44,417 bases of DNA from Frankiales bacterium (GCA_025352005.1 JANXUE010000291.1:1-44417); one strand, 5' to 3'; positions 1 through 8,735 are shown, counted from the first letter of the stretch. Notes: a model not told the origin generated them from the sequence alone. A program made the numbers and translations.

Positions 1-14
1 CACCCAAGACCCGG

Positions 15-590
15 TCAGCCCGAGGGGATCGGACTTTCCGGCGGGAGCGTGGCGTCGTTGGCCTTCTCCTGCGCCGCCCGCTCCTGGCTCTCGGCCGCCT
101 CGTGCGCCGGGTCGAGGTTGCTGTGTCCACGCGGTCCGCCAGGTCCGCCAGGTCCGCCAGGTCCGCCAGGTCCGCCAGGTCCGCCAGGTCCGCCTCGACC
201 CTGCTCCGTGCCCGTGCCCGTGATAGCGAAGGCCTTGTCGAGGACGATGCGCAACCGCTGGCCCGCGTTGGTGGTGACGTGCGCCTCGAAGCCGGCGCCC
301 TCCACCTCGACCGCGTGGACGGTGGCTCCGGCGTACTTGGCCAACACCGCCGCCTTCACCTTGGCTGCGTCGGCCGCCGTGGCTGGTCTCCTCGGCCCGT
401 GCCCGCCCCAGTGACATTCGGCAGCCGCCGAAACCGCCGGACCGGTGGGGGACGCGGACGGGGTAGACGCAGCGTGGGCGGAGAGCGTGCCCACGAGCAC
501 GCCACCGGCGACAACGCCGGCCAGTCCCCAACCGACCGGATGGCGCCACGTGTGGAGGGGCGTGTTGCGGCTGGGTGTGTCGTTGCTCAT
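15..590 (-). CDS. Secreted/surface protein with PepSY-like domain and (GGP)7 linker
   Basis: ATG at 590 preceded by AAGGAGG; hydrophobic stretch ending in SAHA-A (signal peptide-like); PepSY-like segment AAKVKAAVLAKYAGATVHAVEVEGAGFEAHVTT; GGP repeat; short acidic/His C-terminal motif. Confidence 0.7.
   Translation of the reverse strand: MSNDTPSRNTPLHTWRHPVGWGLAGVVAGGVLVGTLSAHAASTPSASPTGPAVSAAAECHWGGHGPRRPATAADAAKVKAAVLAKYAGATVHAVEVEGAGFEAHVTTNAGQRLRIVLDKAFAITGTGTEQGRGGPGGPGGPGGPGGPGGPGGPRGHSNLDPAHEAAESQERAAQEKANDATLPPESPIPSG
133..194. repeat. 9-bp tandem repeat (GGTCCGCCA), about 7 copies, encoding (GGP)7 on the minus strand
   Basis: Six perfect units plus one 8-bp partial unit read directly. 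Confidence 0.95.
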
Positions 591-650
591 GGGGGATCCT
601 CCTTGGGAGCCGGGGCATGCGCCCGGATGGGACACTGTGTCCGCGTCAAC

Positions 651-680
651 CTGTGACGGGCCTGTGACGGCCCTGTGACG
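651..680 (-). promoter_or_regulatory. Triple direct repeat CGTCACAG with 11-bp period, likely an OmpR/PhoB-family response-regulator site
   Basis: CTGTGACG at 651, 662 and 673, upstream of the 15..590 gene; one-helical-turn spacing. Confidence 0.55.
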
Positions 681-731
681 TTTCCACCCGCGCCAGGGTG
701 TGCGCCGGCGTCGACCTGCCCCGTTCCCCGG

Positions 732-1982
732 TCAGCCCAGGACGACGACCGTGTAGCCGCCAAAGGGCGCCCCTCCCTGGCTGGCCGTGACCCGGTAGAC
801 GTGGGCACTACCCGGAGGCGGTGGGTCGTCGCCCGCGTGCAGGGTGACCGTGTTGCCGTCCCCGTCGACCGTGTGGGTCGCCGCGGCCGTGCCACCCCCC
901 ACCGCGATCCCGAGGTCCCCAGTCGGCGTAGCCGGCGCAGGGAAGACCCCGCGGCCGGTGCGCAGCTGCAGCCACGGCACGTTGGCAGGGTGCTCGCGTT
1001 GCACCGCGAGGGTCGCCGGCGCCCCGAACAGCGGACCCACCGCGAGGGTGAGCGGCGGGACGGGCAGGCCGACCCCAGCCCCTGCTCCTCCCCCTGAACC
1101 CAGGTCGACGACGTGCACGTTGCGCTGCCCGAGGTGCCGGTTGACCGACGCGTCCCATTCCGGGTTGGTCAGCAGGTCCTGGCAGTTGTCCCACGCCCGG
1201 ATCAGCAGGCACTCGTGCCCGCCGTTGACGAACGTCGGCACCCACGGTTCGGGGCACTTCACGACGTGGTGGGACCGACCGCTTCCCCGATGACCGAGGT
1301 GCGCCCTGCCCCGACCGATCAGCTGCGCGCTCGTCGGGTTGAAGCCCAGCGAGGGGTTGCACCAGTAGAACTCCACGACCACGTCGTGGGCTGCGGCCCG
1401 CCCGAAGTTCCAGATGTGCGCGTAGACCGTGTTGGGCTGCCCGGCCAGCGCGGTCTGGCCCAGGGCCGGCGGGATCGGCGGCGCCACCGACGGGTGGACG
1501 CCCGCCAGCAGGTAGACGTCCGGGCTCTCCCAGAACGCTCCGACCGCAGGTCGCGTGCCGTTGTCGCCTGCGTTGGCCCGCAGGAACAGAAACGGCAGCG
1601 GCAGGTCCTTGCGCGGCCCCGGCCAGCTGTTGCCCGGGTGCGTGCCCGTGATGTCGCCGACGGTCACCGGCGTGCCGTCGAGGTCGCCCCGGTCGTGGCC
1701 GGGGGTGCGGGTCGGCCGGCCCGGACGACCCCCTCCTGGACCGCCGGGCGGACCGTCCCCGTCGTGGTCGCCGGGTCCCGGCGTACCGCAGGTGCAGTGG
1801 CAGCTGCAGTGACCGCAGCCGCGGTGCTCCTCGTGCTCCGGATGTTCCTGGCGCTCCTCGCGGCCGACCCGCAGCACCTGCTTGATCGCCCCCTCGACAG
1901 CGTCCTCGACCGCGTCGACCGCACCGGCCGCCTTGCGGGCGAAGGCGCGGGCCGCACCCAGCAGGTTGTCGTCGTCGCTCAT
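732..1982 (-). CDS. Uncharacterised protein: His/Cys-rich motif, Gly/Pro linker, Ig/CARDB-like beta domain
   Basis: ATG at 1982 overlaps upstream stop (ATGA); motifs HPEHEEHRGCGHCSCHCTCG, FWESPDVY, NTVYAHIWNFG, VVVEFYWCNPS, GHECLLIRAW, HLGQRNV. Confidence 0.8.
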   Translation of the reverse strand: MSDDDNLLGAARAFARKAAGAVDAVEDAVEGAIKQVLRVGREERQEHPEHEEHRGCGHCSCHCTCGTPGPGDHDGDGPPGGPGGGRPGRPTRTPGHDRGDLDGTPVTVGDITGTHPGNSWPGPRKDLPLPFLFLRANAGDNGTRPAVGAFWESPDVYLLAGVHPSVAPPIPPALGQTALAGQPNTVYAHIWNFGRAAAHDVVVEFYWCNPSLGFNPTSAQLIGRGRAHLGHRGSGRSHHVVKCPEPWVPTFVNGGHECLLIRAWDNCQDLLTNPEWDASVNRHLGQRNVHVVDLGSGGGAGAGVGLPVPPLTLAVGPLFGAPATLAVQREHPANVPWLQLRTGRGVFPAPATPTGDLGIAVGGGTAAATHTVDGDGNTVTLHAGDDPPPPGSAHVYRVTASQGGAPFGGYTVVVLG

Positions 1983-4588
1983 CGCGGGCCCCGCGTCTTC
2001 CCGGTGGGGGGCTGCTTGTCGAGGTACTGCAGCTGCAGCTTCTGCTGCTGCGGCCGGCCGTTGGCATCGACGAGTGCACCGAGCCAGGGGCTCGCGCCGC
2101 CGTCGGTCGTCGCCCCCTCGGGGGGGATCACCGGCTGCGCGTAGGTCTGCCCACGGCCGTTGGTCGCGGTCTTGTTCGGGTCGCGGGTCCAGTCCCAGCA
2201 CAGGTAGCCGTAGCCGCGGTCGGCGTCGAGGTTGAAATCCACCGGGTACCCGTCCTTGGACAAGATCCGCCCGATCAGGTACGACGAGAAGGGGATCACG
2301 TCACCGAGCGGGTTGCCGACGCCGTCGCTGAGGATCAGGTGCTCGCGGTTGAGGGCGTCGGTGATCGCCGGGCTGTCGGCCGCCTCGTACTGCGGACGCT
2401 GCTGCGGGTCGCCGAGGTGACCGCCCGTGAGCAGTGACTCCGGTTGCGAGCCGGCCGGGTAGGGACCGGGCACCGTGAGGCCCTTGCTGTCTCCGAGCAG
2501 CCGGTCGACGCCGGCGCGGGTCGCCCCGCCGAGCCCCAGCCGGTCCATCTCTGCATCGACGTCCCACTGCTCGAGCGGGGTGTCGTAGAGCTTGCCGTCC
2601 GGACCGCGGCTCTTGGACGGGAAGGCCCACGGCCGGCGGAACTCGTTGGGCTTGTGGCCGTGGTCCTGCACCTCCCGCACCGGCAGGAACGGGAACGGCT
2701 GCTGCGGGTCGCGCAGGTCTCCCAGGCCGTCGGTGGCCAGGTCGAGGTTGCCGAGGATGTCGCTGGCGTCCCCGAGCGCCGCGACGAATGCCGCGTCGGT
2801 CGTCATCCCGAGGGTGATCAGCGCCAGGTCGATCTCGTTGGGTACGGCGAGCTCGCCGTCGCCGTACAGCCGTTCGCCGTGGGGGTAGACGAAGCCGGTG
2901 TGGGCGAGGATCTCGTGCGCTCCGGTGGCGATGTTCCAGCCGAGCATCGCGAGCTCGTGCAACGCCGCCCGCAGCGGGTAGGTGAAGGGGCTGGCGAGCG
3001 CCTTGACGATGTCCCCCGCCAGCTTCAACGCCGCTTCGGCCTCCTTCTTGATCCAGTCGACGAGGGCCTTGATGGCGTTGCACAGGTCCTCGACCGGGTC
3101 GCCGGTGGACGCGCCGGAGAAGTCCGGGGCGCTGGCCAGGTCGGTGAAGTCCGACGCGGGCGGCCAGGTGATGACCTGGGGGGTGCGCGGCTTCTTGAGG
3201 TCGAACCCGTCGGTGAAGGACAGCTTGTAGAAGCTGATCATGAAGCGGTAGCAGACCTTCACCTCCCAGGGCAGCGGGTAGCCGGGCGGGACGTCGAAGT
3301 CGGGGTCCGGGGCGATCATCGCGAACAGCTCACTCAGCGGGCGGTCGATCCCGATGCCGGCCTTGTCGATCAGGAACCGCACGCCATCCTCGGCGTCCGA
3401 CAGCCCCGCCTGGAACGGTCCGCCGCCCAGGTTGGCCGGCTCGAGGTGTCCCGTCTTCCCGTGGTAGGTCGCGATCATCGCGCGGACGATCCCGTCGGCC
3501 AGCCAGTCGGGCAGCTGCCCGTCGACGTCGACCTGCTTCTTGGCCTCGTCCGGGTCGTCGGACAGCGTCGTCGGCCGCGGCCAGCCCTGCGGGTGGGCGT
3601 CGTCGAGCGCAACGGAGAAGACCAGGGCGCTGCGGTCGATGTCGGGGAAGGTCTCGGTGGCCCCCATCGGGTCGGCGGGAAGCGAACCACCCGGCGCGCA
3701 GGCGCGGTAGTTGTGCGCGTCCATGTGGTTCTCGATCACGTGGTGGCGCTGGTAATGCGTACGGAACGGCCCGCCGCACTGCTCGTTGACGAACGAGTGC
3801 GCGACCACGTCGGTCCCGATGTGGCACACCCAACCGAGCGTGTAGGCCAGGAACTGGTCGTACTGCTCCTGGCTGCCACCGGCCTGCCGCTGGCGCTTGG
3901 CCTCGGCGAGCAGGTTCGCGGCCATCTGGCTGGTGTGCCGGTAGTGGAGCATGTCGCTCCAGACGAACGCCTGTTCGTCCCAGCCCTGACGCATCTTCAG
4001 GCTGAACCACGAGAACAGGTCCGCGTAGGTCAGCACCTCCATCTCAATCACCTGCAAAATCGCGTCGGCGAGGTTCTTCACCGCCGTGGCGAACTCCTCG
4101 ACCAGGCCTCCGGTCAGGTCGTCGAGGACGGTCACGACCTCGTCCACGAACTTCTTGACGGTCTTGTTGTAGACCTTGACGAACGCCTTCCACGCCTTCT
4201 GCAGACCGATCAGGATGCGGGCGATCTCGGCGAAGGTCCCGTTGACCTCGGCGAGCAGCAGGAGCAGCGGCTCGTAGTTGTCCTCCTTGGCCGCGTCCGC
4301 CCAGTAGTACGACGCCATCGCCAGCATCAAGATGTCGTCCTGGAACGGCGCCGCCGCCAGCGGTCCGCTCGAGTAGTCCTGGCAGAAGAAGAATAGGTCG
4401 GGGCCGACGGCGCCCAGCGCCGCGAACCGCTCCCAGTCCTTCATGACCTGCCCACACTGCTGCGGGGTCAGGCCGTCGGCGACGGTCTCGAGCAGACTGC
4501 CCGCCACGTCGAAGGTGCCGGTCGCCGGGTCGCTCAACAGGTCCGCGACGCGACGAGCCGTGTAGATGTGGGTGAAGTGCCCTGGCAT
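1979..4588 (-). CDS. Large Zn-dependent phospholipase C/P1 nuclease-superfamily protein (869 aa)
   Basis: N-terminal MPGHFTH, GAVGPDLFF, MLHY, LGWVCHIGTDVVAHSFVN, RHHVIENHMD match the Zn_dep_PLPC ligand pattern; no signal peptide. Confidence 0.8.
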   Translation of the reverse strand: MPGHFTHIYTARRVADLLSDPATGTFDVAGSLLETVADGLTPQQCGQVMKDWERFAALGAVGPDLFFFCQDYSSGPLAAAPFQDDILMLAMASYYWADAAKEDNYEPLLLLLAEVNGTFAEIARILIGLQKAWKAFVKVYNKTVKKFVDEVVTVLDDLTGGLVEEFATAVKNLADAILQVIEMEVLTYADLFSWFSLKMRQGWDEQAFVWSDMLHYRHTSQMAANLLAEAKRQRQAGGSQEQYDQFLAYTLGWVCHIGTDVVAHSFVNEQCGGPFRTHYQRHHVIENHMDAHNYRACAPGGSLPADPMGATETFPDIDRSALVFSVALDDAHPQGWPRPTTLSDDPDEAKKQVDVDGQLPDWLADGIVRAMIATYHGKTGHLEPANLGGGPFQAGLSDAEDGVRFLIDKAGIGIDRPLSELFAMIAPDPDFDVPPGYPLPWEVKVCYRFMISFYKLSFTDGFDLKKPRTPQVITWPPASDFTDLASAPDFSGASTGDPVEDLCNAIKALVDWIKKEAEAALKLAGDIVKALASPFTYPLRAALHELAMLGWNIATGAHEILAHTGFVYPHGERLYGDGELAVPNEIDLALITLGMTTDAAFVAALGDASDILGNLDLATDGLGDLRDPQQPFPFLPVREVQDHGHKPNEFRRPWAFPSKSRGPDGKLYDTPLEQWDVDAEMDRLGLGGATRAGVDRLLGDSKGLTVPGPYPAGSQPESLLTGGHLGDPQQRPQYEAADSPAITDALNREHLILSDGVGNPLGDVIPFSSYLIGRILSKDGYPVDFNLDADRGYGYLCWDWTRDPNKTATNGRGQTYAQPVIPPEGATTDGGASPWLGALVDANGRPQQQKLQLQYLDKQPPTGKTRGPR

Positions 4589-4782
4589 GAGATCCCCTGC
4601 ACTGCAGGCCGCGATGGCCGACTCAGGTTGGCGCGCAGGCCTACGGGACCTGCTGAGGTAGCGAGGTCCACCTCAGCCCGACGGCACCGGCCCGTCAACC
4701 AGAATGTCCGGTTCCGGACTCTTGGGCTGTGGGCCGGGCCGCGGGCCGGTCGACGCACCTGCCCTGACCTGCCCGAAAGGGG

Positions 4783-6972
4783 TCAGCTGACGCGCAGGTC
4801 CCGGGTGACGCTGGCGCCGGTGCTGTGCAGGCGCGAGGCGTAGATCAGGACCCTGTACCTGTTGATGGCAACGACCGTGGGGGTGATCACAAAAGTGAAC
4901 CGACCAGTACGGTCGACGACGGCGATGGCCCAGGTGTGCCAGCTTCCGTTGATGAGTCCCTGCCGGTAGACCCGCTCCCCCACCATGAGTGAGCCGACGG
5001 CGCCGGTGAGGACCACGCTGTGACCGACCCGCGTCGCAGTCGCGCTGAGGACGGCCGAAACGACCGGCCGGACGGTGAGCAGGGCCCTAGCACTTGACCC
5101 GGCGTAGCGAGCGGAGGCCACTACGGTCGCCGTGACGGTGCCGTCGACAACGGGCCGGAACACCGCAGTGGCCCTTCCGGTCGCATCGGTGACGACCCGC
5201 ACCGGTGCCGGTGCAGCGCCGGCTCGGGGGGTGAAGGCGACCAGGACGGGGACACCAGCAAGTGCGGTGATGCTCCCGGCACGCCGGACGTTCACGACGA
5301 TCGACGTGGGTCTGGTCGACAGCGCCACCTGCGGCAGCGTGACGCTGACGGCCGTTGGCGTGCTCACTACGAGACTGGTCCCGGTCGTCGTGATGGCGAG
5401 CTTCGCTGCCTGCCCGGTACCGAGGGCGCTACGGGCGGCAACGCTGAGCAGGTGCCGGCTCGCGACCGGCAGACCCGTGAGAGTCCAGGTCCGGGCGGTT
5501 GCGGACAGGGTGGCCTTGACGGTTCCGTCGACGGTGATGACGTACGCGGTCAAGGGTGAGCCGCCGGTCCCGACCGGCGGGAGCCAGCTCAGCGTCGCGC
5601 TGGTGGTCGTGACCTTCGCGGCCAGGGAGGTCGGCGCGGGAGGCGGTCCGACGGGTGCAGCAAGGGCTGTCCCCCCATTGGGCGAGGAGCCCCACCCGTT
5701 CGCGGCACTGACGGCATAGACATAGCGCGTCCCATCGACGACGGTGGCGTCGGTGTACGTCGAGGACGGGACGGTCACCGTCGCGATCGCTGCGGACCCA
5801 GGGAGGCAGGGGGCTGCGCAACGGTGCACCAGGTAACGCGTTGCCCCGTTGACGGCGCCCCAGGTGAGGGTCACGTGCCGGGAGACGCTGTTCACCGCGG
5901 GCCTGCCGGGGGCGGCCGGTAGTGCACCCGGGACGACCAGGCCGGAGGCCACCGAGGCGGTGGAGGTCCCGGCGGTGTTGGTGGCTGTCACGGTGAAGCT
6001 GTAGGCCTTGCCGGGGGTGAGGCCGGTGACCCGGCCCGTGTGGCTGGTCCCCGCGACGGTGGTCACGGCACCGCCGGGGCTGGCCGTCACCGAGAAGCGG
6101 CTCGGGACCTGACCGCCGTCGTCCGAGGGTTGCCAGGCAACGACGGCCGACCGCACCCCAGGCGCGGCGTGCACCGTGCGCGGCGCTGTCGGAGCCCTGA
6201 CGGTCCAGGCCGTGGCGGGTACGCCGTTGCCCAATGCGGTCATTTGCGCACCCGTGCCGGCGAAGCGAGACATGTCCGCGGCTCCACCCGGCACGCCGGG
6301 CACACTGCCGCTGGCGGTGTACTGCCAGAGGGTCCAGGCCTTCCAGCCGGCGAACGGCGTCGGCGACGTGGCCGTGGGGGAGGCGAGCCACAACGGGTAA
6401 CGGCCGAAAGCCGTCGTACCGGCCATCATGCTCGACCAGAAGTACGGGTAGCTGTAGACGATCGGGGTGCGGCCGGTCTGTGCCCGGACGGTTTCCAAGA
6501 AGAGCTGAGTCCAGGTGACCAGATCGGCCGGCGAGAGGCCGCCGGACATTTCCAGGTCCAAGATGGGCGGCATCGTGCCGGCGGTGCGGACATTGCCCAA
6601 CGTCGCGGCGAAGTACGTCGCCTGCGTCGTCGCGGTGGAGACAGGTAGCGCCGGACGCGCGAACGCGTAGGCACCGACGACGAGGTGCGCCGCGCGGGCA
6701 CGGGTGGCGTCGGCCGCGTAGTACGGGTTGGTGTAGCCGGAACCTTCGGTGGTCTTGATGATCGCGAAGCTGTTCCCGGCCGCACGCACCTTGACCCAGT
6801 CGATCGGCGCCCCGTTCGGGTGCTGCCAGCCCGACACGTCCGGGCCCACGACCGGCAGCGGCGCGGTCGCGGCGCCAGCGCTGGTCACGAAGGCGGCACT
6901 GGTCACGAAGGCGGACCCGGTCAACGCCAGGCAGGCGGTCAGGGCAGCAAACATGCGAACTGGGGGGCGCAC
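4783..6972 (-). CDS. Secreted GH25 lysozyme/muramidase with fibronectin type III repeats and C-terminal Ig-like domains
   Basis: GPDVSGWQ, FAIIKTTEG, GAYAFARP, PPILDLE (DxE), WTLWQY; three Fn3-like units; signal peptide; GTG at 6972 after GAAAGAGG (start inferred). Confidence 0.9.
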   Translation of the reverse strand: MRPPVRMFAALTACLALTGSAFVTSAAFVTSAGAATAPLPVVGPDVSGWQHPNGAPIDWVKVRAAGNSFAIIKTTEGSGYTNPYYAADATRARAAHLVVGAYAFARPALPVSTATTQATYFAATLGNVRTAGTMPPILDLEMSGGLSPADLVTWTQLFLETVRAQTGRTPIVYSYPYFWSSMMAGTTAFGRYPLWLASPTATSPTPFAGWKAWTLWQYTASGSVPGVPGGAADMSRFAGTGAQMTALGNGVPATAWTVRAPTAPRTVHAAPGVRSAVVAWQPSDDGGQVPSRFSVTASPGGAVTTVAGTSHTGRVTGLTPGKAYSFTVTATNTAGTSTASVASGLVVPGALPAAPGRPAVNSVSRHVTLTWGAVNGATRYLVHRCAAPCLPGSAAIATVTVPSSTYTDATVVDGTRYVYAVSAANGWGSSPNGGTALAAPVGPPPAPTSLAAKVTTTSATLSWLPPVGTGGSPLTAYVITVDGTVKATLSATARTWTLTGLPVASRHLLSVAARSALGTGQAAKLAITTTGTSLVVSTPTAVSVTLPQVALSTRPTSIVVNVRRAGSITALAGVPVLVAFTPRAGAAPAPVRVVTDATGRATAVFRPVVDGTVTATVVASARYAGSSARALLTVRPVVSAVLSATATRVGHSVVLTGAVGSLMVGERVYRQGLINGSWHTWAIAVVDRTGRFTFVITPTVVAINRYRVLIYASRLHSTGASVTRDLRVS

Positions 6973-7228
6973 GGCCTGACCTCTTTCACCTGAGCTCACG
7001 TCACAAAGGGACACCTCCGTCGTGTGACCCCACCGTTCGCATCGGCCCGATCCGGCCCGGTCTCAAGCCGAGGGACACCTTTGTCACCTGCCTGACCGCA
7101 TTGCTTCTCGGCAAAGCGCAGCGCTCGGCCGCACGTCGGCCGACCCCCGCCGGACGTACCGGGTGGTCCAACCCGACCGACGGAAAATGCGCTGAGCTGA
7201 GGACGCGACGTGTACTGACGCATTCGCC

Positions 7229-8644
7229 CTAGGGCTGCGTCGCAAACTCACCCAGGTAGAGGAACCCGTAGGCCTCGTCGCGGAAGGGGACGCCGGCCTG
7301 GGTCAGGGCGACGTCCCAGTCGCCCACGCACGACGGATCGGCCCCCTGCATGCCATGGTCCGCGGTGAGCAGGATGGTGGTGCTGTCGAGCAGTCCCCGC
7401 TCCACGAGCAGGTCGAGCCAGACGCCCAGGCGGGCGTCAGCGTCGCGGAGGCCGGCGCGGGCGATGTCGGAGCATGGGCCACCCGCGTGGTGGGCCGCGT
7501 CGGTGAGGGTCGTGTTCCACCACATCAGTGACGGGGGCTCCGATCGCCACAGGTCCAGGACCTGCACCAGCCCAACCGCATCGACCTGTGAGCCCCAGGC
7601 GTAGTCAGGGTTGTCGAGGAAGGACACCGTCGTGTGCGGGTCCTCCGCCGGGGCGGGCAGTGCGGCAAGCAGTCCGCCCGTACCCCCGTTGTCGCGGATC
7701 AGCGCGAACGTGCTGTAGTCCGCGCCGACGTCGACGGGGTCGTTGACGCACGCCGTCGACCCGGGAACCCGCTGGAACACCGTGGTCACCCCCGGACGCA
7801 GGTAGTCCATGGAGCGGTGCCAGGTGGCGCTCGAGTTGGGCACGATCTGCCTGCCGAGATCCCTGTCGTAGAAGGCATTGTTGACGATGCCGTGCCGTCC
7901 CGGGCCGACGCCGGTCAGCGCGCAGGTGTGGTTGACAAGGGTCACCGACGGGAACTCCGCGACCGCCCCACCCCGCAAGGCACAACCGCGCTCAAGCAAC
8001 CGGGCGACGTTCGGCAAAGCGCCGCTGGCCGCCAGGTGCAGCAGGTCCGCGCACTGCGCGCCGTCCCATAGCAACCCAACGACCGGTCCACCGGTGACGG
8101 CCACCAGGTCGACCGGCACGCCGTCCATGTCCTCCCAGGTGCCGCCCGCGAGGTGGGACAGCGTCGCCCCCACGTCCACGGTCCGCGCCACACGGTCAAG
8201 GACCCCGCGGGCACTGACGCCAGCTCCGGACAGCAGCAGCGGCGCACGGGACTGGACCGCGTTGAGCGAGCCGTGCTCGCCGAGGTGCCCGCCACGCTCC
8301 GGCCAGTGGTGCGCCCCGGTGTGGACCACCGCGAGGTCGGGCGCTCGTGGGTCACTGAACAACGAGTGCAACCGCTCTGCGGCAAACGGGTACGACGTGT
8401 CGGACAGCGGGTCCTGGTCGCTCACCGGGTCGACACCCGAGACCACCCTTGCCGGACCGTCGCCCGTCAGGACGCTGTGACCCGTGCTGCTCGCGACGTG
8501 GACGCCATCTGGCTCGAGCCACGCCACCAGGTCGACCACATGGGCGAGGTCCGGCCCCAGGAGCACCTCGAGCGCCCGGCCCCGGAGGTCGGCCACCGCG
8601 CCGTCGCTGACGTACGCGTCGTACGCGCGTGAGGGCAGGGGCAC
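7229..8644 (-). CDS. Alkaline phosphatase/nucleotide pyrophosphatase-family protein with permuted motif order
   Basis: LLWDG, FPSVTLVNH (catalytic Thr), TDAAHH, TADHG and GEHG motifs; leaderless start supported by TAGGCT 6 bp upstream of GTG. Confidence 0.85.
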   Translation of the reverse strand: MPLPSRAYDAYVSDGAVADLRGRALEVLLGPDLAHVVDLVAWLEPDGVHVASSTGHSVLTGDGPARVVSGVDPVSDQDPLSDTSYPFAAERLHSLFSDPRAPDLAVVHTGAHHWPERGGHLGEHGSLNAVQSRAPLLLSGAGVSARGVLDRVARTVDVGATLSHLAGGTWEDMDGVPVDLVAVTGGPVVGLLWDGAQCADLLHLAASGALPNVARLLERGCALRGGAVAEFPSVTLVNHTCALTGVGPGRHGIVNNAFYDRDLGRQIVPNSSATWHRSMDYLRPGVTTVFQRVPGSTACVNDPVDVGADYSTFALIRDNGGTGGLLAALPAPAEDPHTTVSFLDNPDYAWGSQVDAVGLVQVLDLWRSEPPSLMWWNTTLTDAAHHAGGPCSDIARAGLRDADARLGVWLDLLVERGLLDSTTILLTADHGMQGADPSCVGDWDVALTQAGVPFRDEAYGFLYLGEFATQP

Positions 8645-8659
8645 CGGTTGAGCCTACGG

Positions 8660-8699
8660 ACAAGTCGACGCCCCGGCCCAAGGAGGAGCCGGGGCGTCG
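8660..8699 (-). terminator. Intrinsic terminator-like hairpin after the whiB7-microprotein unit
   Basis: 12-bp stem CGACGCCCCGGC/GCCGGGGCGTCG (8666-8699); weak U-tract. Confidence 0.6.
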
Positions 8700-8735
8700 C
8701 GGGTCGGGTCCGGTGAGCAGTCCTGACGGACGGCC

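Noticed and set aside
133-194. Tandem repeats here and at 37387-37491 as a CRISPR array
   Set aside because: No spacers, units are codon multiples inside CDSs, and there are no cas genes
49-414. Plus-strand ORF with collagen-like (GPP)n
   Set aside because: Antisense shadow of the GGP repeat; the minus-strand gene has the SD, signal peptide and domain structure
2444-4396. Long opposite-strand and off-frame ORFs (also 27858-30215, 31286-33412, 37588-39321)
   Set aside because: High-GC shadow ORFs overlapping well-supported genes, with no recognisable motifs
6973-7228. c-di-AMP (ydaO-type) riboswitch upstream of the muramidase
   Set aside because: Expected by context, but I could not see the conserved GCCGAA/GGGGAACC/GGGGTGAA elements; a covariance-model search would settle it
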